Shown: positions 9,690 to 19,002 of the stretch, in pieces
How positions within the stretch are numbered: the stretch's first letter is position 1
How the letters are laid out: each line of letters begins with the position of its first letter
Assembly (NCBI GenBank): GCA_963681965.1
Contig: OY820579.1
Location: 32,001 to 96,000, forward strand
DNA from: a bacterium
GTDB lineage: Bacteria; Electryoneota; JAOADG01
Length of the DNA stretch: 64,000 nt
Direction: 5' to 3'
Translations under genes and position numbers: made by a program
Notes under the pieces: generated by a model
What the model was told of the DNA's origin: nothing
Seen by the model: the letters and a program-made list of their open reading frames with translations, nothing else
Databases searched by the model: none

Positions 9690-10496
9690 ATGAAAATGAA
9701 CCGGTATCCGATCTTCCTCATACTATCAGCTCTGGTATTCACTTGGCTGCTAACATCGTGCTCGCCGTCGCGCGAAGACAGCGGACTGTTACCGACGTTT
9801 TACGTATCGCAAACAGCGCAAAAACGGGTATGCACCACACTGCTGGCGCGAACTTGGGAACAGATTCGATTGGTCGATCAATTGCAAAAAGGGTTTGCTT
9901 GTCCCAACCCGCAGGAATCATCCTCCGGATTACTACCGGCAGATCACGATTACTATGCGCGGAGCATCGGCGACAGCTTGGTCGAAAGTGTGAGATTCGT
10001 TCCGAATATCTGGCAAAATCCGGGAACGCATGCCGATTCGGTGTATTACGGCTGGAATATTTACGGCGGCGATACGACGAATAATGGCACATACTACTAT
10101 CTCATCGCATCGAAGCGAGTGACACAGGATTCGTTATCGCATTTAACCGGTTCAGCGGTATATCATCAAAATTATGTAGCAACCGCTAGCGACGGGTATA
10201 CCTACGATTATTCGTACAGCATCATCGGCTCATTCGACGTGCCGGGCGGTGCACCGCCACCTTTGGGCGATGCCGTGTACAGTTGGAGTGGAACAGTCCT
10301 TACATGGGAATCCGATGCAATTCCATCGCGCTGGGATTTGACTGGAACGAGCCGACGTACGAATTCCGGTGGGTGGAGCATTACGATGGCGATCGATAAT
10401 GATGAATTGCTTCGCGCCGAATTGGATTCGTTGGGTATCGGATCGTATCGGATCGGTTGGAACGATTTCGATGAAGCGTATAATTATCGTCCCTAA
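9690..10496 (+). CDS. Hypothetical lipoprotein
   Basis: Hydrophobic N-terminus ending LLTSC. Confidence 0.7.
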   Translation: MKMNRYPIFLILSALVFTWLLTSCSPSREDSGLLPTFYVSQTAQKRVCTTLLARTWEQIRLVDQLQKGFACPNPQESSSGLLPADHDYYARSIGDSLVESVRFVPNIWQNPGTHADSVYYGWNIYGGDTTNNGTYYYLIASKRVTQDSLSHLTGSAVYHQNYVATASDGYTYDYSYSIIGSFDVPGGAPPPLGDAVYSWSGTVLTWESDAIPSRWDLTGTSRRTNSGGWSITMAIDNDELLRAELDSLGIGSYRIGWNDFDEAYNYRP

Positions 10497-10549
10497 CGGT
10501 AAGAGTCAGTAAAAATTTCTTTTCGGCGCACTTTTTAGGTGCGCCGCTT

Positions 10550-11281
10550 TTGTTCGAAACGACAGGATTTAGATTGATAGTTCCCAGTATCAAATATTCC
10601 ACGACTCCCATCACAGCGATCCTCCTTCGGCGGTACCAGCGGTTTCTCGCCGATGTGCAATTGCCGGACGGAACTGAAGTGACAGTGCATTGTCCCAATC
10701 CGGGACGGATGACATCGGTCTGTTTTCCGGGTGGTGAAGTTCGGTTGCTTGCGACTCCCGGTAATAAAATGCCATATCGGTGGATTCAAACGCTGACACC
10801 GTTTGGATGGGCGGCGATCGATACAATGCTGCCGAATCGATTACTCAGAGAGGTGTTGTCGAATGGATTGATTGCCGGGTGGGGATTGCCGGAATCAGTT
10901 CGTCCGGAAGTGACTGTTGGCGATAGTCGCTTCGATTTCGAATTGACTTATCCAGCGATGCGAAGGTTAGTGGAAGTGAAATCGGTGACATGGTTCGACG
11001 AAGCCAGTGGGAAGTTCTTGTTTCCGGATGCACCCAGCGTACGTGCGGTTAAACATCTCAACACGTTGATACAATCCCAATCCGAGACGACGAAGACCGC
11101 CATTGTGTATGCCGTACAACATCCGGCAAGCGGTACGGTAGGCGCGGCGGCAGCGATCGATCCCCAGTATGCGGAAACGGTTGCGATAGCCAAACAGCGG
11201 GGAGTGGAATTTCGAGCTATGCGATTGACAGCGGATGAAACTGGCGTAACGTGGGCAGATGAAGAATTAACGATCGCTTAA
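10550..11281 (+). CDS. sfsA: SfsA DNA/RNA nuclease (sugar fermentation stimulation protein)
   Basis: RYQRFLADV, HCPNPGRM, SRFDF, VEVKSVT, FPDAPSVRAVKHL. Confidence 0.9.
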   Translation: MFETTGFRLIVPSIKYSTTPITAILLRRYQRFLADVQLPDGTEVTVHCPNPGRMTSVCFPGGEVRLLATPGNKMPYRWIQTLTPFGWAAIDTMLPNRLLREVLSNGLIAGWGLPESVRPEVTVGDSRFDFELTYPAMRRLVEVKSVTWFDEASGKFLFPDAPSVRAVKHLNTLIQSQSETTKTAIVYAVQHPASGTVGAAAAIDPQYAETVAIAKQRGVEFRAMRLTADETGVTWADEELTIA

Positions 11282-12108
11282 GTATTCGCGTTGTTCAGAC
11301 GTTTTGCGATGGCTTTCAGATAGTCGGGATTGCGTTCGATCAGGAGATAGTGCCTCCCCAATTCCTTAGCAGCAACCGCAGTGGTGCCGGTACCCGCCAT
11401 GGGATCGAGAATCAGATCGCCGGGATTGGTTGAGGAAGAAATCACACGACGGAGCAGCTCAAGCGGTTTCTGAGTAGAATGGGTTTTATTGCCGTCGTCG
11501 TCGCGCAACCGTTCGGAACCGGAACAGAGCGGAATTCGCCAGACGTTAATTCCCAATTTCCCCTCGTTGAAACGCTTCGCTTCACTCTTGTGGAAAGTAT
11601 ACCCCTTCGCATTTTTGTCTTTCAATGCCCAGAGCAAAGTTTCGGTGGAATTGGTGAAGCGGACTCCGAGGAAGTTCGGCATTGGGTTCGATTTGAACCA
11701 GACGACATCGTTCAACAGCCAGTACCCATTATCCATCAGGATCTTGCCAACACGGTAGATATTGTGGTAGGAACCAATAATCCAAATCGTCGCTTTCGGC
11801 TTCATGATCCGCTTTAACTCGGTCAGGTAGCGGCGGGTGAATTCGTCGTATTCGTTGAAATCCTTGAAAGTATCCCAATGATCGTCGACACCGTCGACAT
11901 CGGAACCGGACCAGCGTTTCAGCCGTTTTTTCGGTAATTGAAGAAAATAGGGGGGATCAACAAACACGGAATCGACGCACTCGTCGGGGAGTTTCGGTAA
12001 AATCTCCAAGGTATCGCCGGCGATGACGCGATCGATCAACGATTCAGCGGGATACTCGGAGGAAATCGATGGATGCTGGGATTTCGGTGCTGTGACTGTT
12101 TTCTTCAT
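11278..12108 (-). CDS. Orphan beta-class adenine DNA methyltransferase, CcrM/M.HinfI-like
   Basis: DPPYFLQL, WIIGSYHNI, WFKSNPMPNF, WRIPLCSGSERL, HSTQKP, LDPMAGTGTT. Confidence 0.85.
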   Translation of the reverse strand: MKKTVTAPKSQHPSISSEYPAESLIDRVIAGDTLEILPKLPDECVDSVFVDPPYFLQLPKKRLKRWSGSDVDGVDDHWDTFKDFNEYDEFTRRYLTELKRIMKPKATIWIIGSYHNIYRVGKILMDNGYWLLNDVVWFKSNPMPNFLGVRFTNSTETLLWALKDKNAKGYTFHKSEAKRFNEGKLGINVWRIPLCSGSERLRDDDGNKTHSTQKPLELLRRVISSSTNPGDLILDPMAGTGTTAVAAKELGRHYLLIERNPDYLKAIAKRLNNANT

Positions 12109-12184
12109 GTCAGACAATATAACCAATCAAGAGTAAATCACAACCGCTGAATCCGATCGGTGCAGAGAATTTATCCGGTGGTCG

Positions 12185-12781
12185 TTAGTTCTTTGCAAGA
12201 ATTTCCAGATATTCGTCGGTTGATTTGATGATCGCGAATCCTGCGGCGAGCGATGCGTGGACCACTTCCTTCACCCGATCGCGCTCGACGCCGACCAGAT
12301 TGAATGGGCAACTGGTGGCATCACTCAGAAAGTAGACGTAATAATCGAGATCGTGCGCTTCGCGGGCAGTGGTCTCGCAACAGAAATTGGTCATGAATCC
12401 GGTCACCACGACAGTATCGATATGTTCGGATTTGAGGAGTTGGTCCAGTTCGGTCTGTTTGAACGAGGAGTAGCGGTGTTTATCGATTTCGAAGCGATTT
12501 TTGATCTGGTGCAGCGAATCGGCATAATCGACGATATCCGTTCCGGTAATGAATGAACTCGGTTTCCGGGTGCCGGTATAGTCCCACATTCGCCCGGCAT
12601 CGGCGCCATCGGCGCGATACATGTGCTGGATATAAATGACAGGGAAGCGTTTCCGCTCGAAAGCTGCAATCAAGCGGTTGATACGTTCAATTACCGGTTC
12701 ACAATCGTCGATATAGGTACGGAGTCCCGGAGTCGTGTAGAATTTCTGGACATCGATTACCAGTAACGCCGGATGTCTCAT
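12185..12781 (-). CDS. Isochorismatase-family cysteine hydrolase
   Basis: ALLVIDVQ, KHRYSSF, TGFMTNFCCETTAR. Confidence 0.9.
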   Translation of the reverse strand: MRHPALLVIDVQKFYTTPGLRTYIDDCEPVIERINRLIAAFERKRFPVIYIQHMYRADGADAGRMWDYTGTRKPSSFITGTDIVDYADSLHQIKNRFEIDKHRYSSFKQTELDQLLKSEHIDTVVVTGFMTNFCCETTAREAHDLDYYVYFLSDATSCPFNLVGVERDRVKEVVHASLAAGFAIIKSTDEYLEILAKN

Positions 12782-12909
12782 TATTACTCCCAGAAAAAAA
12801 AATCAAAACGCTTATTCAGATACAACAATATACTTCATTCGATATATATTATTACACCCTTGATGTACAATTTCAATCGCTTGTGTGATTTAACCCCAAC
12901 AACTGCTGG

Positions 12910-14184
12910 ATGGAGTCGATGATGCGGATCTACCTACTTGTTTTTGCGACACTCATATTTTGTGGCTGTACTTCAAAAACGACCACCAATCCCGATAACG
13001 AGAATGTGCAACCGGTCGAATTGACCATAGTGAATGAAACACCGGTCCGAGCGACGGTCGAGATCGTGAATCAAACGGGTCATTCACTGGAACCGGGCGA
13101 TTCCGTGATTTACACGATCCCGAGTAATTTCAATGCAGTAATCGTCTCCGGTACATTCGCCGCTTATTTCAGTAGCCTACAATCAGTGGGAACAATAGTT
13201 TCCTATTGCGATACGCTGCAGGTGAACAATCTCTCGCGCTACCGTCACAAACTTCAACTCAAACCGAAGTACTGCTGCTTTACCCTGAAGAATCGGTCGC
13301 TCTATGCAATCGATCAGGTGAAGGTCAATTACAACTTAGGTCATGAAACGACGATCAACTCGACTTACCCGAATGATGGTGTCGAACGTGCCGTTGGGAT
13401 TTACGACACCAGTTATGCGAAAGCAGTGTATGTACATTTTGTGACATCACTGGGGCGATCGTCGACGTGGGCGGTTCGCGTCGACTATTTATTTCCCAAT
13501 ACCGCAAATCAGCGGATCAGATTGGATGCCGATTCGACCGGACGCAGTTTACGGGTAGTATGTATCAATACCGTACCGTATCCAGTGAGTTGTACGATCG
13601 GGAGCAATTCCACCGTGACCATACCGACAGGGGACAGCATTTGGTATCAATACTCCGAAAATCCGACGACGGTGCAACTCAGCGCGAGTTGTCGCGTGTT
13701 GGGCTGGAACGATGCACCGTTGGGGAATACGATCACCTGGAATCAAAACTTGTATGTTGCCGATGCCGGTTCGGTATATCGCTGCCGACTTTCGGTTTCG
13801 ACTGCCTATTTCCTGTTAAAATTCAACAATACCAGCAGCGATACTTTTACAAAATTCGGGATGAATGTGCAACGCTACGATTCGGTCGAAGTGGCAATCG
13901 ATGTACCGCCCGACGGTGTAACCCGACTTTTGGGATTTTATACCGCCTATACCGGCACGGCGATCTCGGGCACGAGCGGCAGTACTACGCAAGTCTATCA
14001 TCTCTGGCGTAACGGAACCGAATTCACATTGCCGAATACGACCAATCAAGTATTGACGATCACGGCGAGCAGCGACCGTCGGATTACGGTTGCTAGCGGA
14101 CGACAATATGATTCGTCGATCGTCGAGATAGTTTCGGACGGAGTAGAACCATCAGCAAATCACAGGGAATCGAGTTCACGATGA
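12910..14184 (+). CDS. Lipoprotein with two tandem copies of an about 180-aa beta-rich domain
   Basis: Lipobox IFCGC; repeated N.TP...GDS...P.DGV.R..G.Y...PNT.NQ pattern. Confidence 0.7.
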   Translation: MESMMRIYLLVFATLIFCGCTSKTTTNPDNENVQPVELTIVNETPVRATVEIVNQTGHSLEPGDSVIYTIPSNFNAVIVSGTFAAYFSSLQSVGTIVSYCDTLQVNNLSRYRHKLQLKPKYCCFTLKNRSLYAIDQVKVNYNLGHETTINSTYPNDGVERAVGIYDTSYAKAVYVHFVTSLGRSSTWAVRVDYLFPNTANQRIRLDADSTGRSLRVVCINTVPYPVSCTIGSNSTVTIPTGDSIWYQYSENPTTVQLSASCRVLGWNDAPLGNTITWNQNLYVADAGSVYRCRLSVSTAYFLLKFNNTSSDTFTKFGMNVQRYDSVEVAIDVPPDGVTRLLGFYTAYTGTAISGTSGSTTQVYHLWRNGTEFTLPNTTNQVLTITASSDRRITVASGRQYDSSIVEIVSDGVEPSANHRESSSR

Positions 14185-14816
14185 AACGGATCATTGCAAT
14201 ATTTCCGATAGTGTTGATACTGCTCAATATTTCCGGGTGCTATCACGGAACATCATCGTCGGGAACAAATCCGGTGAAAGCAGATCCATTCCGGTATATG
14301 ATGGTCAATGAAACATTGACGCCGCTTCAAGTCACAGTACACGGCTGGAACATGCGAACGATCCCGTCGGGCGATACGACGACCTTTCAATACACTGCGA
14401 ATCCCGGCACGGTGATATTTCAATGCGTTGCGAAAGTTACAGCGTACCCTGATCAAGTATTGGGATTGACGCTCATCGCCAAGGACACGATTGCCGTCGA
14501 TACAGTCGATATGTACGGCACCTCGATTTATGTATCGGAGAGCTATTTCATTTTGTATATGAAAAATTACTTCACTACTCCGATCGACACAGTGATTGTC
14601 AACTATCAGACGACGGTAGCGGATACCGTGAATTGGCTGATACCGGCAGATCGGCAGCCTTGGATTCTGGGATATCATCGCGCCACCGACAGTACGACGG
14701 TGTATGCGCATTTTCTGGATAATGCCGAGACAAGTCTGCTGTGGCATCACGGCACCGAATTCAATTTTCCCGATTCGATGAATCAGGCAGTGACGCTGAA
14801 TGCGGATCCGAGGTAG
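14181..14816 (+). CDS. Lipoprotein with one copy of the same domain
   Basis: Lipobox ISGC; WHHGTEFNFPDSMNQ matches WRNGTEFTLPNTTNQ in the upstream gene. Confidence 0.7.
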   Translation: MKRIIAIFPIVLILLNISGCYHGTSSSGTNPVKADPFRYMMVNETLTPLQVTVHGWNMRTIPSGDTTTFQYTANPGTVIFQCVAKVTAYPDQVLGLTLIAKDTIAVDTVDMYGTSIYVSESYFILYMKNYFTTPIDTVIVNYQTTVADTVNWLIPADRQPWILGYHRATDSTTVYAHFLDNAETSLLWHHGTEFNFPDSMNQAVTLNADPR

Positions 14817-14837
14817 GAGAGGGAAAGTAGTTCACTC

Positions 14838-15227
14838 CTAGAAATAAATAAAACTCTGTGGGGGTAGTCCAGAAGGTATAATTGATTCAATTTTTTTAGG
14901 TCGATTGAATCTCCTAACCTCGCTTAGAAGAATAGCAGTACCGACATTCTTTCCATCATAGTACTTCTCGAATTGAATTCGATCGATCCCGGAAGTGGCG
15001 CGAAATTTACGCCATAAATTTTTGGGATTATCGTAGATGACTGCCAGTACCTCGGCACTAAAATCGATCGAGTGAATGGGTGCGGTCTGATAAAAATAAA
15101 TTTCCGAAATCGATTTTGAGAATTTCTGCTTTCGAAATTCAACAGTCTTGTTGCCCAAAAGAATTTGTTCGGCGTAGCGGGGATGGATCGAAACTAAGAT
15201 CCGAAATTGATCTTTTTGAGTAACCAC
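14838..15227 (-). CDS. ASCH-domain protein
   Basis: SIHPRYAEQILLGNKTVEFRK, YQTAP, C-terminal PPQSFIY. Confidence 0.9.
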   Translation of the reverse strand: MVTQKDQFRILVSIHPRYAEQILLGNKTVEFRKQKFSKSISEIYFYQTAPIHSIDFSAEVLAVIYDNPKNLWRKFRATSGIDRIQFEKYYDGKNVGTAILLSEVRRFNRPKKIESIIPSGLPPQSFIYF

Positions 15228-16693
15228 GCAGCGGAATCTCCTTTGAGTCGAGTAATTGTTTGAGGTGGTCCTTTAATATATCCTAACACTAGCAATTCGT
15301 CAAGTTTAATAGCTGGTTCAAATGAAAAACAGATCCTCATTTTTATTGCCATCGCATCTTTTGTACAATTTCTAGTTGAGTGATTAATTTCTGACTCTGG
15401 AAGTACTGCATATCCTTTACAAAATTTTATGATTTGTTCCGTACTCTTTGAAATTTTAATTTTTTCGACAATACAAATATTCGTCACAATTTGTTCTGAG
15501 TGAGACAAGTAAAACAAAAGTGCTGCTCCTTCATCCAGCTTTATACGAGTATTTGAACTAATATAGACTTTGCGAATACTATTGCTGTATGTGTGAGATT
15601 CAAAGAGAAAGTCATGTTGAGGATTGAATTCTGGAAAGAGACCATTGTGCCACTCCGGTTTGATTGGAACTAAAAAAATGCGTTGACTGTTTGGTTTTAT
15701 GTATCGGGGTCCATACAATCGATTCGCTTCGAAAGAAGACAATAAATTTGTATCGCTATCTGCTGGTGGAAGAAGATATTTTACATAAACTGAATCTATC
15801 CCATTTCGTGCAAAATGCTCAGTTTTCATAAATCCAAATTCTTCTAGAAAATTGCTTAAATCAGGATGAGAATGCGTATTTACTTCAACAATTATACATA
15901 AATGATCGTGCGTATAAGCGTAATCGAAAATTCCTTTTAGCAGCAGTTCACTCATGTATTGGCCTTGGGCTTTATATATTAATTTAAGAGTACATATCTT
16001 TAGTATATCTTGATTACATAACTTATTAAAAAAATCCATATCATGTCGTTTAAGAATTGCGATACCCCAATACTGCTCCTGATTTGATTCCTGAATAACG
16101 ATACAATCCCGCTGCTCTTCTCTACATCTGGAAATCCAATTCATAAATCCAGGATATTCTTCTTTAAGTGAAACGAAGATGTCATCCTCTAGATTTAAAT
16201 AATGCGCCTTGATTATTGAGGAGTGCGGAAAAATTGTCAATCTCTTCGATGACTGAATCATTTTAATTGCATCCTTTAAAAAAATGACTTTTGATTCAAT
16301 TTGCAAGAGCCTCGCTCGTTTATGAATCTCTTTATCTTCAGTGACAAGAAAATGAACAGCTTGTGCATATAAAGCGGCGAGTAGATAATAATCAACAATG
16401 TCATTTCGTTTGCTGGGAACTGGTATTACTTTACAAATGTTGACGATTGGTGGAGAATCCATTAACATTTCGAATCGTTTTAAAGATAATTGTCGTAGTT
16501 TTTTTCTCTCCTCATTTCGATCCGAAGTAATATCCTGAATTTGAGCAGGATGAATAAAAATGTGATGTCTGTGCTTATTGCATAATCTTTGAAATTCCAG
16601 CGCAATTTCACTTAATGACGTGATATCATTTAATGATTGCGGTTCTGCAGGAAACAGGATATTAGAGTCAATTAGAAAATTGTAAGTTCGCAT
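15194..16693 (-). CDS. PIN-GNAT-EVE/PUA-like multidomain protein
   Basis: PIN acidic motifs IDSNI, NDIVD, VTED; GNAT LKICTL...FLEEFGF; C-terminal VPIKPEWH...IRKVYI...LLFYLS...GPPQTI; AT-rich DNA. Confidence 0.75.
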   Translation of the reverse strand: MRTYNFLIDSNILFPAEPQSLNDITSLSEIALEFQRLCNKHRHHIFIHPAQIQDITSDRNEERKKLRQLSLKRFEMLMDSPPIVNICKVIPVPSKRNDIVDYYLLAALYAQAVHFLVTEDKEIHKRARLLQIESKVIFLKDAIKMIQSSKRLTIFPHSSIIKAHYLNLEDDIFVSLKEEYPGFMNWISRCREEQRDCIVIQESNQEQYWGIAILKRHDMDFFNKLCNQDILKICTLKLIYKAQGQYMSELLLKGIFDYAYTHDHLCIIVEVNTHSHPDLSNFLEEFGFMKTEHFARNGIDSVYVKYLLPPADSDTNLLSSFEANRLYGPRYIKPNSQRIFLVPIKPEWHNGLFPEFNPQHDFLFESHTYSNSIRKVYISSNTRIKLDEGAALLFYLSHSEQIVTNICIVEKIKISKSTEQIIKFCKGYAVLPESEINHSTRNCTKDAMAIKMRICFSFEPAIKLDELLVLGYIKGPPQTITRLKGDSAAWLLKKINFGS

Positions 16694-16786
16694 AGTACTC
16701 TCAACGATATATTACAAAGCATATATTATATATATAGTACAATATTTATATAACAAGATCAATCTTATATGTATCGACACACGAAC

Positions 16787-16812
16787 AAAAGGCGAGCTTT
16801 CGCTCGCCTTTT
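16787..16812 (-). terminator. Rho-independent terminator
   Basis: aaaaggcgagc-tttc-gctcgcctttt. Confidence 0.85.
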
Positions 16813-16813
16813 T

Positions 16814-16844
16814 CCTAACTCCCAATTCCTAACCCCTAACACCT
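16814..16844. repeat. Degenerate 7-bp tandem repeat (four copies plus a partial)
   Basis: cctaact cccaatt cctaacc cctaaca cct. Confidence 0.55.
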
Positions 16845-18624
16845 ATCTTTTGATACGTTCGCCTTCGTCTTCGACACAGAACAACCAGCCTGCAACCGCG
16901 CCAACGCGGATCGGTGCCGGTGCTTCGCCGCCACTAGGCGTCGACATCCACCAGAATTCGCGACCACGATGGAACCGGCTGCTCTTTTCGCTGCCGTCAT
17001 CGGTCTCGGCTTCGGCTTTCATCTTCTTGAGGCGTTCGTGCCATAGTTCCCAATTCTTCATCCGGAGATCGATCCAGCCATCGAAACACCACTGATCGAC
17101 ACGTTCGGCGGAAACCGGGAAGTCTTTCTTCTTGCCCGGATCCGGGGGAATAACCACCGCATCGGCACGAAGAATCGATTTACCATCGGAGAACAGAATC
17201 GGCAAACCGATCGTGAGAATCTGCGAGCGTAGTTTCGGATCGGTCTTCAACATCGCTTCGGCAGCACAACGCATGGCTTCCGGAGTGGCATGCAGCGCCG
17301 CTTCGTAGGTGCCGTACGTTCGCTTCAGCAGATAGGCTTCGAACAACAACTTGCTGAGGCGCGGCGGTCCGAGAATTTCAAACGCGACGCTGTCTTCGCC
17401 ATTGGTCTTCTCGAGATCTTCAAGCTTCTTGAGGGCTTTCTCGCGAATAGCACCGGCGCGGTACGTCGGTCCCATTACCGCGGCGTCGATCGCGCCGACA
17501 ACATCCTTACCGGAATTGCCACCACATAGTTCATTGACCATGACATCGGCAATTTCTTCAGGCGTAATAAATTCCATCTGACCGATGCTGGTGATTGCTT
17601 CGAATTCGCCGGCGGAAAATACGCCATTCTCACCGGTATCGATGAATACGGCTTTGAGATCGTCGCCGGTAGGTTTGGCGCTGCCCGGTTTGACAGGGCT
17701 GAATTTCTCACCGAGTACTTCCGCTTGTTCGGGAGCGACATCGACCATAGCGATCGGACGACCCTTGCGATAAATCTTATCGAAGCGGATATCTTTCCAC
17801 GCAATGGCGGCTGCCGGTTTGATTTCTTTCACGACCGGTGCACCGGGTGTGATCGACATCAGCGTCAGCAGCAACGAATGCGCGCCGGCGACCGACGTCT
17901 TCGACATCAATACGCGCGACGGTTTCCCTTCGCTGTGCGTGTACGGGATGTTGAGACCCATACCACCGGTACCCATTGTACCGCACTTGATGTACGCGGT
18001 GACTTTGTGGCTTTGGCGTTCGACGGGCGATAGCTTGGTCGGCTTCATTGCTTCGAACATGACTTGGATGTGCCGCACCAATTGCGGAATGTAAAGCGAT
18101 CCGATCATCGATTCCGTGAAGTTCACGAGATTGGTCGGATCGGTGTTTTTTCCGGCGCGGAAATTTCCGATTTCGGTTCGGAGGCGCTCAGACTGTGAAT
18201 AAAGATCCTGATAGGCGATGCCGGTCGCGGTGTTGATACAGTCGATTACGGCGTCGGGTTTGTGCTCGTCGAGGAATCGGACAAACGTATTGTTCGTCAA
18301 GATCTCGGCGTCGAGCGGATCGAGAATGTCGCGCAAGTGAATTGCTCGGCGAGCCTGATCCTTGAGGATTTCATCTGCCTCGGGATCGGGACTGCGTCGG
18401 AGATCTTTGAAATCCCAACGAACGAAGACATTTCCCCAAACCGGAACCAATTCACAGTTCCCGGCATCGGGTTTTAATGTCGCGACTCCTTCTTTGGCTT
18501 CGGCTTCAGTCAAGCCGCCAATGACCACCTTACGGGGTTGTAACTTCAGTAATTTTCGGCAAAACGCGCGACCCACCAGACCGGCGCCACCGAGTACGAG
18601 AATTGTTTTTCCACGGATATCCAT
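16843..18624 (-). CDS. Large Rossmann-fold (SDR/KR-like) oxidoreductase of unknown function
   Basis: ILVLGGAGLVG dinucleotide-binding motif; GTMGTGGMGLNIPYTHSE block; AAGGAG RBS. Confidence 0.7.
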   Translation of the reverse strand: MDIRGKTILVLGGAGLVGRAFCRKLLKLQPRKVVIGGLTEAEAKEGVATLKPDAGNCELVPVWGNVFVRWDFKDLRRSPDPEADEILKDQARRAIHLRDILDPLDAEILTNNTFVRFLDEHKPDAVIDCINTATGIAYQDLYSQSERLRTEIGNFRAGKNTDPTNLVNFTESMIGSLYIPQLVRHIQVMFEAMKPTKLSPVERQSHKVTAYIKCGTMGTGGMGLNIPYTHSEGKPSRVLMSKTSVAGAHSLLLTLMSITPGAPVVKEIKPAAAIAWKDIRFDKIYRKGRPIAMVDVAPEQAEVLGEKFSPVKPGSAKPTGDDLKAVFIDTGENGVFSAGEFEAITSIGQMEFITPEEIADVMVNELCGGNSGKDVVGAIDAAVMGPTYRAGAIREKALKKLEDLEKTNGEDSVAFEILGPPRLSKLLFEAYLLKRTYGTYEAALHATPEAMRCAAEAMLKTDPKLRSQILTIGLPILFSDGKSILRADAVVIPPDPGKKKDFPVSAERVDQWCFDGWIDLRMKNWELWHERLKKMKAEAETDDGSEKSSRFHRGREFWWMSTPSGGEAPAPIRVGAVAGWLFCVEDEGERIKR

Positions 18625-19002
18625 TAAGTCTCCTTGCTTGGTGCAGATCCTTGCGGACGGAGTGTTGAACGGTGTGCGACAAAAGGTAAAGAGAAAATGA
18701 AGGGGTAGGCAAATGCTAAAAAATTCTCAATCGGTCATTCGGTGAAACTCGGCAAATCAGACAGAAAATACTTTATAACTCGTGTAAGAATTTGAATCAC
18801 AATCAAATTGCGAAAACGGCATCCCGTTCTTGATAAACCGCCTTGAATTCATTATCGTGAATAAAGTAAGGTAATGCAGATTGTGATATATTTACAGTCG
18901 TAAATTCAACACATTTGGTTTTTTTGAAGTGAAAATAGATACCACTCACGATTTCGACTTCGATTTGCAGACTACGATCGATCCAACTAATCGAGGCAGT
19001 TC

